Shown: positions 57,006 to 64,000 of the stretch, in pieces
Layout: each line of letters begins with the position of its first letter
Numbering within the stretch: position 1 is the stretch's first letter
Source of the DNA: Alphaproteobacteria bacterium
GTDB taxonomy: Bacteria > Pseudomonadota > Alphaproteobacteria > SP197
Direction of reading: 5' to 3'
DNA length: 64,000 bases
NCBI GenBank assembly: GCA_965228895.1
Contig: OZ245842.1
Span: forward strand, 5,088,001 to 5,152,000
Notes under the pieces: generated by a model
What the model saw: the letters and a program-made list of their open reading frames with translations, nothing else
What the model was told of the DNA's origin: nothing
Database searches by the model: none
Translations under genes and position numbers: made by a program

Positions 57006-58300
57006 GCGACACAAGCGAAACGCCACCCGACCGGCCGCGAGGCGGCAGGCTTAGTCTCTATTCATGGTGCCTGTTCGACTGGGCGAACTCACCGGTTCCC
57101 ACGGTCGTCATCACGTTCGTCTTCGCGGCCTATTTCGCGCGCGGTATCGTCGGCGATGAGGTCGAAGGCACGGCCCTGTGGAGCTGGGGTCTGGCCGCCA
57201 GCGCCATCATTGTCGCGCTGTTGTCGCCGATTGTCGGCGCTATCGCCGATGCCGGCGGGCGGCGCAAACCGTGGATCTTTTTCTTCACCCTCATCACCCT
57301 GGTTTCGACCACCTTGCTGTGGTTTGCCGAGCCGGATCCAAGCTGGACCTTCTACGCCCTGGTCATGGTCGCCCTGGTCAACATCGGGTTCGAGGTCGGC
57401 ACGGTCTTCTATAACGCCATGCTGCCGGATTTGGCGAAACCCGAACGTATCGGGCGGATCTCAGGCTGGGCCTGGGCGATGGGGTATGCGGGTGGTTTGG
57501 CCTGTCTGATCCTGGTGCTGTTCGGCTTGATCGAAGCCAATCCGCCGCCGTTCGGTCTGGATGAATCGAATGCCGAAGATGTTCGCGCCGCCATGCCGCT
57601 CCTGGCGATTTGGCTCGTCGCCTTCGGCTGGCCGCTGTTTGCGTTTACCCAAGACCGGCCGACCGCGGGCCTGGGCCGCATCGAAGCGGTGCGCGCTGGC
57701 CTGAAAAGGCTCATCACCACGATCAAGGAACTCAAGCGTCACCGCACGATCGTTCATTTTCTGATCGCGCGCCTGTTCTATATCGACGGGCTCAACACCT
57801 TGTTCGCATTGGGCGGCGTTTACGCGGCGACCGCCTTCGCCATGAACGAGAAAGAGGTCATCCAGTTCGCCATCGCGCTCAACGTAACCGCCGGTCTTGG
57901 CGCGTTCGGCTTTGCCTGGATCGACGACCTGTTGGGTGCGAAGAAAACGCTGATCATCTCCATCGTCGCGCTCGCCATTCTGGGAACTGCCATTCTCTTG
58001 GTCCACGACGTCATGTGGTTCTGGATTCTCGGCATCATGCTCGGCACTTTTGTCGGCCCGACCCAGTCGGCCAGCCGCTCGATGATGGCGCGCCTCGCGC
58101 CGCCGGAACTGACCGGCGAGATGTTTGGCCTGTTCGCGCTGTCGGGCCGTATCACGTCGTTTCTCGGCCCGCTTCTGGTCGGCATCGTCGCCGTCGTGAC
58201 AGACAGCCAGCGCATCGGCATGGCCGTCATCGTCGTCTTCCTGGTCGTTGGCCTGGTGATCTTGCTACCGCTGAAAGATTCCGGCCGGTCCATGCGCTAG
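57002..58300 (+). CDS. MFS transporter (UMF1/Atg22-like)
   Basis: SWCLFDWANS, FYNAMLPDL, GRISGWAWAMGY, QSASRSMMARL, FGLFALSGR; GTGA overlap with gdhB. Confidence 0.9.
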   Translation: MSDTSETPPDRPRGGRLSLYSWCLFDWANSPVPTVVITFVFAAYFARGIVGDEVEGTALWSWGLAASAIIVALLSPIVGAIADAGGRRKPWIFFFTLITLVSTTLLWFAEPDPSWTFYALVMVALVNIGFEVGTVFYNAMLPDLAKPERIGRISGWAWAMGYAGGLACLILVLFGLIEANPPPFGLDESNAEDVRAAMPLLAIWLVAFGWPLFAFTQDRPTAGLGRIEAVRAGLKRLITTIKELKRHRTIVHFLIARLFYIDGLNTLFALGGVYAATAFAMNEKEVIQFAIALNVTAGLGAFGFAWIDDLLGAKKTLIISIVALAILGTAILLVHDVMWFWILGIMLGTFVGPTQSASRSMMARLAPPELTGEMFGLFALSGRITSFLGPLLVGIVAVVTDSQRIGMAVIVVFLVVGLVILLPLKDSGRSMR

Positions 58301-58435
58301 AGCGGATCATGGTGAGATGGGATCGCTTGACGGTCCCATCTCACCATGTGAATCCGCTCTTTATCGATGAGTAGAGCAGATTCACCTGTCTTGATGTCAT
58401 CGCGAAGCGATTCCATCAAAACAGGATCTGCTCTA
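58298..58435. repeat. Family A bipartite hairpin element, copy 3 (138 bp)
   Basis: Same scaffold with two 41-nt cores; the left TAG is the MFS stop codon; CTAG at both ends. Confidence 0.88.
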
Positions 58436-58457
58436 GTGGCTTATCTTGACGTCTGCG

Positions 58458-58566
58458 CCGGCCCACTCCCCCGCCCGGCCACCCATGGCAGCATCCTCGG
58501 GGTGGCTTCGGCGAAAACGCCTCTCGGCGTTTTGCCCCGGGGGAGGGGGAGAGGGCTGGCACCGGC
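58458..58566. repeat. Palindromic repeat family B, copy 2, right arm interrupted by a small hairpin
   Basis: Left arm and loop match 4975-5016 with two substitutions; ggcgaaaacgcc-tctc-ggcgttttgcc inserted in the right arm. Confidence 0.8.
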
Positions 58567-58584
58567 AGCCAAACAAAATCGCCC

Positions 58585-59250
58585 CTAATCGTCATCAACC
58601 TCGGGCACGGCGACGGCGGGCGCGACCGTGGCGTCGTTCAGAGGCAGTTTGCCCGGATGATGCCAGCCGGGCAGCATCGCCATGCGGCCCGACCATTCGA
58701 GAACATTGCGCCAGGACTTCAGGTCAATCTCGGCTTCGTCCGCCAGATAGATGTACCCGCACGCCGACATGTCGGCGATGGTCGGCTGATCGCCGGCCAG
58801 CCACGGACTGACCGCCAGATGGTTGTCGACGAGATCGAGCGCGCTTCGTGCGCGCGTTTGATAGAAGTCGATGACATCCGGCTTGAACCCGGCAAAGCGG
58901 ATGCCGAAGCGAGCGAGCGCCAGGCCGTTGGTCAGCTTGTTCGATGACCACACCATCCAGGCCTGGGCGCGGTGCTTTTCCTCCTCATCGCGGCCGCCGA
59001 ACTGACCGATATCATCGGCCAGGTAACGCAGGATGGCGTCGGACTGGGTGAACACACGGTCACCATGGACGAGAACCGGTACTTCCTGAAACGGGTTGAG
59101 CGCCGTGAAGTCCTCTGATTTGGTTTCACCGGCGAAGATGTCGACATGTTTGTAACGGTAGGCGTGGCCGGTCAGCGCAAAGTAGAGCGCGACCTTATAG
59201 ACATTGCCGGAAGCGTGGTGGCCATAGAGCGTGTAGTCGGATGCTGTCAT
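58585..59250 (-). CDS. Glutathione S-transferase family protein
   Basis: SGNVYKVAL, LNPFQEVPVL, TQSDAILRYLA, WLAGDQPTIADM. Confidence 0.9.
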   Translation of the reverse strand: MTASDYTLYGHHASGNVYKVALYFALTGHAYRYKHVDIFAGETKSEDFTALNPFQEVPVLVHGDRVFTQSDAILRYLADDIGQFGGRDEEEKHRAQAWMVWSSNKLTNGLALARFGIRFAGFKPDVIDFYQTRARSALDLVDNHLAVSPWLAGDQPTIADMSACGYIYLADEAEIDLKSWRNVLEWSGRMAMLPGWHHPGKLPLNDATVAPAVAVPEVDDD

Positions 59251-59261
59251 GGCAAGCTTCT

Positions 59262-60818
59262 CTAGTGTCGAAAATGGCGCATGCCTGTCAGGACCATCGC
59301 CATGCCGCGCGCATCGCCGGCAGCGATAACCTCGTCGTCGCGCATCGACCCGCCGGGTTGAATGGCGGCTGTCGCGCCACCGTCGGCGGCCGCCAGCAGG
59401 CCGTCGGCGAACGGAAAGAAAGCGTCGGACGCGACCACGCTGCCTTCGATCGACAGACCGGCGTCGTCGGCCTTGCGCCGGGCGATGCGCGCGCTGTCGA
59501 CGCGGCTCATCTGGCCGGCGCCGATGCCAACCGTGGCGCCATCCTTGGCGTAGACAATGGCGTTCGACTTGACGTGTTTGGCGACGCGAAACGCAAACAG
59601 CATGTCGGTCAGCTCATCGGCGCTGGGCGCCCGTTGGCTGACCGTCTTCAAGTCGTCGGCGGATAGGCAGCCGTTGTCGCGCGTCTGGACCAGAAGGCCG
59701 CCGGCCAGCGAGCGCACGGTCAGACCGGTCTCACTGGGATCGGGCAGGTCGTCGGTCAGCAAAAGGCGCAGGTTTTTCTTGGCGGCGAAAACGTCAAGCG
59801 CGTTGTCGTCGGCGCCTGGCGCAATCACGACTTCCGTGAAGACCTCGGTGATCGCCTCCGCTGTCGCCCGGTCGAGCACGCGGTTCACCGCGACGATGCC
59901 GCCAAAAGCGCTGACGGGATCGCAGGCGAGCGCTTTCTTATGAGCCTCCGCGAGCGAGGCCGCGATGGCGACACCGCAAGGATTGGCGTGCTTGATGATG
60001 GCGACGGCAGGATCGGAAAACTCGGCGACCAGTTCATAGGCCGCGTCGGTATCGTTCAGATTGTTGAAACTAAGCGCCTTGCCCTGGACCTGGCGCGCCG
60101 TCGCGATGCCGGGCCGCGCGGAGCCGTCCGTATAAAACGCGGCGGCCTGATGCGGGTTTTCGCCATAGCGCAAGGTCTCTTCCAGCGCGCCGGCAAAGCC
60201 GATCCGGCGGGGGAAACCCTCACCCTCTTCGCGCTCGAACCAACGCGCAATGGCGGTGTCGTAAGCGCCGGTCCGGGCATAGGCGATCGCCGCCAAACGC
60301 CGGCGCAGCGCCAGCGACGTCGCGCCGTTGTTTGACGTGAGCTCGGCCAAGACGGCGGCATAATCGGCGGTGTCGACGACCACCGTGACGAAGGCATGGT
60401 TTTTCGCAGCCGATCGGATCATGGCGGGGCCGCCGATGTCGATGTTCTCGATGGTCGTGTCCCAATCGGCGCCCGACGCCACGGTCGCCTCGAACGGATA
60501 GAGGTTGACCACCACCATGTCGATCGCCGCGATGTCATGTTCGGCCATCGCGGCGAGATGGTCGTCCAGATCGCGCCTGGCCAGGATGCCGCCATGGACG
60601 TTGGGATGCAGGGTCTTGACCCGGCCGTCCATCATCTCCGGGAAACCCGTCAGTGCGGCCACCTCGGTGACGGCCAACCCGGCGTCGGCAATGGCGCGCG
60701 CGGTGCCACCGGTCGACACCAACTCGACGCCCAACCCGGCGAGCGCGCGGGCGAAATCGACCAGACCGGTCTTGTCGGAAACGGAAAGCAGGGCGCGGGT
60801 GATTTTGACGTCGCTCAT
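59262..60818 (-). CDS. purH: Bifunctional AICAR transformylase / IMP cyclohydrolase
   Basis: [69 protein letters not shown]. Confidence 0.98.
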   Translation of the reverse strand: MSDVKITRALLSVSDKTGLVDFARALAGLGVELVSTGGTARAIADAGLAVTEVAALTGFPEMMDGRVKTLHPNVHGGILARRDLDDHLAAMAEHDIAAIDMVVVNLYPFEATVASGADWDTTIENIDIGGPAMIRSAAKNHAFVTVVVDTADYAAVLAELTSNNGATSLALRRRLAAIAYARTGAYDTAIARWFEREEGEGFPRRIGFAGALEETLRYGENPHQAAAFYTDGSARPGIATARQVQGKALSFNNLNDTDAAYELVAEFSDPAVAIIKHANPCGVAIAASLAEAHKKALACDPVSAFGGIVAVNRVLDRATAEAITEVFTEVVIAPGADDNALDVFAAKKNLRLLLTDDLPDPSETGLTVRSLAGGLLVQTRDNGCLSADDLKTVSQRAPSADELTDMLFAFRVAKHVKSNAIVYAKDGATVGIGAGQMSRVDSARIARRKADDAGLSIEGSVVASDAFFPFADGLLAAADGGATAAIQPGGSMRDDEVIAAGDARGMAMVLTGMRHFRH

Positions 60819-60966
60819 CCGGCGTGTGGTTCCTCTTGGTTCAAAGGCGGCGGTGTGCGCCTCTGATACCCGAGCCTACGCGCGATGCAACCCTTGGATC
60901 TTGCGATCTACTCCAAGCGGCAAACAAGTTGCGAGATGGATTGAAGCGTTTGTCGCCGGTTACGCC

Positions 60967-62874
60967 TTACTCAGCGGCCCTTGGCGCCGTCGTGCCGTCG
61001 TCGGGCGTGTGGTACTCGGGCACGAGGTCGTGGAGCATGGCGCGGGTCCGTTCGGCATCGCCGGCCATGGCTTGATCGACCAGCTTGTCGAGCCCGGCGT
61101 TAAGCCGTTCGGCGTCGACCTGCGTGCCGGTGGCGACGCGAATGCCTTCGCGCGCCGAACGCTCGAGTTTCTCGTGATCGTACGTAAGTTCCTCATACAT
61201 CTTCTCGCCGGCGCGCAGGCCGGTGAACTCGATCTTGATGTCTTCGTCCGGCGTCAGGCCGGCCAGGCGGATCATCTGGCGCGCCAGATCCTGGATCCTG
61301 ACGGATTCACCCATATCGAGCACAAAGAGCTCGCCGCCCTTGCCGCCCAAGGCGCTCGCCTGCAGCACCAGCTCGACGGCCTCGCGCACGGTCATCATGA
61401 ACCGTGTCATGTCTTCGTGCGTCACCGTCAGCGGGCCGCCCTCGGCCAGTTGCCGCTGAAACAGCGGCACCACCGAACCGGCGGAGCCCAGCACGTTGCC
61501 GAACCTGACCGTGGCAAAGCGTGTCCCACCGCCCGTTGCGCCCAGCGCCTGGATGTAGAGTTCGCCGAGCCGCTTGGTGACGCCCATGACGCTCGTGGGA
61601 TTGACCGCCTTGTCGGTCGAGATCTGGACCATGACGTCAACACCCGCATCCCGACAGGCGTTGGCCACGTTCATGGTGCCCGCGACATTGGTCAGCACGG
61701 CTTCGTTGACGTTTTCTTCCGACAGCGGCACGTGCTTCAGTGCGGCCGCGTGGAAGACCACATCCGGGCGCGCCTGTTCGAGCGCGCGGTCCAGCCGGGG
61801 CCGGTCGCGGATGTCGCGCAGCACGGCGCGACGTGTCAGGTCGGGAAAACGTCGCGCCATCTCCAGATCGATCTCGTAAAGCGCGTATTCGCTCTGATCG
61901 AGCAACGTCAGCTCGGCAGGCTCCAACGTGGCGATCTGGCGCGCCAGCTCACCACCGATTGTGCCGCCGGCGCCGGTGACGAGGACGCGACGTCCGCCGA
62001 TCAACCGGTGCAAGCTCGCCCGGTCGACCGCGGTCTGGGGACGGCCGAGCAGATCTTCCAACGCGACCGGCTTGAGCTGGATATTGCCGCCATCGTCGTG
62101 GCCGTCGGTGAAATCGGTCAGGCGCCCGATCCGGCTCAGCGTCATGCCGTACCGTTCGGTAGCGGCCAGTGCTTCGCGCGCGACCTCCGGCGGTACCCGG
62201 TCGCGGGTCAGAATCAGGCGTTGCGGACGCGGTCCCTTGCGGCTCAGGGCTGCGAGCGCCGGGTCCAGCCCGTCGCGGCCGTCAACGACCTCGACGCCAC
62301 GAATGCGCTGGCCAGAGCGGCGGCCGGTCGGGTCGACCATGGCGGTCACGGTGTAGGGCCCGCTGCGGTTGCGCGACATGGCGCGGGCGAACTGCTCGGC
62401 CTCGTCTTCGGCGCCGTAAAGTGCCACCGGGATGGCGCGGGGATTAGGGCGTTCCAGAACGTTGGACAACCCACCATCCTTGGTGATGCGATAGATCATC
62501 CGCGAGCCGCCGGTCAGCGCCAGCAGCACGAACCAGTTGATGACCAGTGCCGAGCGCGGATAGTCCTCGGCGCGGCTGAACAGGAAGAGCACCGGCAAAA
62601 AGATCAGGATCGTCAGCGTCACCGCCTTGGCGAGGGCGTAAAGGTCCGGCAGCGACGCATAGCGCCAGACGCCGCGATAAACACCGGTGCGCAGGAAGAC
62701 CAGGGCGGCGATGGCGGCGAACACGATGACGCCTTCCAAGAGATAAGGCCGGGTCTGGGCGAACATATCGTCGCCAAGGCGCAGGTAGAGCGCGATGACA
62801 AAGGAAAGCCCCGCCATCACCACGTCATGCACCATGGTGATGCGCGAACGCGATGGCCTATAGCGCCGTTTCAT
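60967..62874 (-). CDS. Polysaccharide biosynthesis UDP-sugar 4,6-dehydratase (CapD/WbpM/PglF type)
   Basis: Four N-terminal TMs, EDLLGRP, TGAGGTIGGEL, HAAALKHVP, STDKAVNP, VRFGNVLGSAGSVVP, GLRAGEKMYEEL; start MKRRY overlaps the upstream stop. Confidence 0.92.
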   Translation of the reverse strand: MKRRYRPSRSRITMVHDVVMAGLSFVIALYLRLGDDMFAQTRPYLLEGVIVFAAIAALVFLRTGVYRGVWRYASLPDLYALAKAVTLTILIFLPVLFLFSRAEDYPRSALVINWFVLLALTGGSRMIYRITKDGGLSNVLERPNPRAIPVALYGAEDEAEQFARAMSRNRSGPYTVTAMVDPTGRRSGQRIRGVEVVDGRDGLDPALAALSRKGPRPQRLILTRDRVPPEVAREALAATERYGMTLSRIGRLTDFTDGHDDGGNIQLKPVALEDLLGRPQTAVDRASLHRLIGGRRVLVTGAGGTIGGELARQIATLEPAELTLLDQSEYALYEIDLEMARRFPDLTRRAVLRDIRDRPRLDRALEQARPDVVFHAAALKHVPLSEENVNEAVLTNVAGTMNVANACRDAGVDVMVQISTDKAVNPTSVMGVTKRLGELYIQALGATGGGTRFATVRFGNVLGSAGSVVPLFQRQLAEGGPLTVTHEDMTRFMMTVREAVELVLQASALGGKGGELFVLDMGESVRIQDLARQMIRLAGLTPDEDIKIEFTGLRAGEKMYEELTYDHEKLERSAREGIRVATGTQVDAERLNAGLDKLVDQAMAGDAERTRAMLHDLVPEYHTPDDGTTAPRAAE

Positions 62875-63893
62875 GCGGTTCCCGCCCGGTTCTGGCTGCG
62901 AAGATACCACAGGAAACCGGCAACCGTGACCATGCCAACCGCAAGGGCCAGCCAGGCAAGCCAACCGCCCGACAGCGACCCGTAGGCGCAGGCAATCAAC
63001 AGAATGTTCAGCATGCTGACACGTTTGACCACCCAGGCGTGGTCGCGACCACCCTTGATCGCGGCCTGATAGGCGTGGTCGCGATGCGGGCGCCAGAACT
63101 TGCCGCCGCGCGCCATACGCATAACGAGTGTCGTGGTCGCATCGCCCCAGTAATAGAGCGGCAGCAGCAGCGCGGCCATCCAGTGGCCCATCGCGGCGGC
63201 CTGCCAGATCAGCAGGAATCCGAGGAGAAAACCCAGTGTCACGCTGCCGACATCGCCCAGAAAGATCTTCGCGGGGTGCCAATTCAAGACCAGGAATCCG
63301 GCCGCGCCGCCGGCCAGGACGGCAGCCAGGGCCGCCTGGCTCCAGTCGCCGCCGTTGTGTGACACATGGTCCAGCACGACGATGGCCAGGCCGCCGGCAA
63401 TTGCGATCGTCTCGGCGCCGGTCAACCCGTCGATACCGTCCATGAAATTGAAGAGGTTGATGAACCACAGCCAGGCGATCGCCAACAAAACCCGTTCCAG
63501 CCACAGCGGAACCACGCCATCAAGCAGCAAAACATGGCCGGGAAGCAGGCTGAGCCCGAAGGCAACCGCCACTATCTGCGCGCCAAAACGTGGCATTGCC
63601 GGCAGATCTTTGACGTCGTCCCACCAGGAGATGGCGGCCAGAACCAGCGCCGCGGCCAGAACCGGCCATGCAGCCGACAACGTGCCGGTGAACCAGCACA
63701 GAATCAGCCAGCTGGGCAACACGATCGCGACGATCGCAAGTCCACCGCCGCGTGGCACCGGTGCGGCGTGGCTCGACCGGTCGTTAGGCCGGTCCATAAT
63801 GTCGCGTTCGCGCAGCATCTCCAGTACCATGCGGGTCATGGCCCAGGTGGCAAACCCGGTCAGAGACGCGGCGAGCAGGGTTATCGTCCACAT
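62871..63893 (-). CDS. Glycosyltransferase family 4 (WbpL/WecA-like undecaprenyl-phosphate sugar-phosphate transferase)
   Basis: DRPNDRSSH..PVPRGGGL, WWDD, NLFNFMDGIDGL, NWHPAKIFLGDVGS, HRDHAYQ. Confidence 0.92.
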   Translation of the reverse strand: MWTITLLAASLTGFATWAMTRMVLEMLRERDIMDRPNDRSSHAAPVPRGGGLAIVAIVLPSWLILCWFTGTLSAAWPVLAAALVLAAISWWDDVKDLPAMPRFGAQIVAVAFGLSLLPGHVLLLDGVVPLWLERVLLAIAWLWFINLFNFMDGIDGLTGAETIAIAGGLAIVVLDHVSHNGGDWSQAALAAVLAGGAAGFLVLNWHPAKIFLGDVGSVTLGFLLGFLLIWQAAAMGHWMAALLLPLYYWGDATTTLVMRMARGGKFWRPHRDHAYQAAIKGGRDHAWVVKRVSMLNILLIACAYGSLSGGWLAWLALAVGMVTVAGFLWYLRSQNRAGTA

Positions 63894-64000
63894 GGCGGGG
63901 GTTTATAGAGCGATTTCCTGTCAGATGGCAGCATCAGCCCGCACCGGGTCTTTCGACCGCCGGCAAGGCTGGCCCGGGCGCGCAAACGGTTGCTCCTGCG

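Noticed and set aside
60819-60966. Possible ZMP/ZTP riboswitch upstream of purH
   Set aside because: The conserved GACUGGCG and CGCCUGGG elements are not visible on the minus strand.
60505-62985. 826-aa plus-strand ORF, and similar long ORFs at 4909-6372, 12688-14334, 17044-19014, 22905-24830 and 33689-35404
   Set aside because: Antisense shadows of well-supported genes in high-GC DNA; no recognisable motifs.
63905-64000. TAGAGCGATT near the window end as another family A copy; also CTAGAGC at 4946
   Set aside because: Neither is followed by a 41-nt hairpin and the TGAATCYGCTCTA end; the last one is also cut by the window edge.
1-64000. tRNA, rRNA, integrase, transposase, prophage or defence genes
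   Set aside because: No such motifs were recognised by eye; a tRNAscan/Infernal run would be needed to exclude small RNAs fully.

Overview
GC-rich alphaproteobacterial chromosomal window (Rhodospirillales-like by gene content; inference). It holds a conserved core block (tandem lolA x2, ftsK, DapC-like aminotransferase, amtB with a sigma54/NtrC/IHF-type promoter, amidase, ubiL) and a CueR-controlled copper module (cytochrome c, SHOCT protein, cueR, copA). A long catabolic stretch carries six 2-oxoglutarate/Fe(II) oxygenases and two tandem homocysteine S-methyltransferase-family genes. Next comes a complete N-methylglutamate methylamine pathway (gmaS/glnT, mgsABC/glxBCD, XRE-cupin regulator, mgdABCD/soxBDAG) plus a detached second beta subunit. 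The window ends with large NAD-glutamate dehydrogenase, purH and two polysaccharide genes. No rRNA, tRNA, CRISPR array or transposase was seen. The most unusual signals are non-coding: (1) a 139-bp bipartite element with fixed geometry and 41-nt palindromic cores that vary in sequence but keep their pairing (3 full copies and 1 half copy, two supplying gene stop codons); (2) a candidate ~210-nt sRNA of hairpins with C-rich loops ending in a terminator; (3) two further palindromic repeat families. The PhyH x3 / methyltransferase x2 cluster, with an altered Zn ligand, is the best candidate for an undescribed pathway. All calls come from reading motifs by eye; no searches were run.
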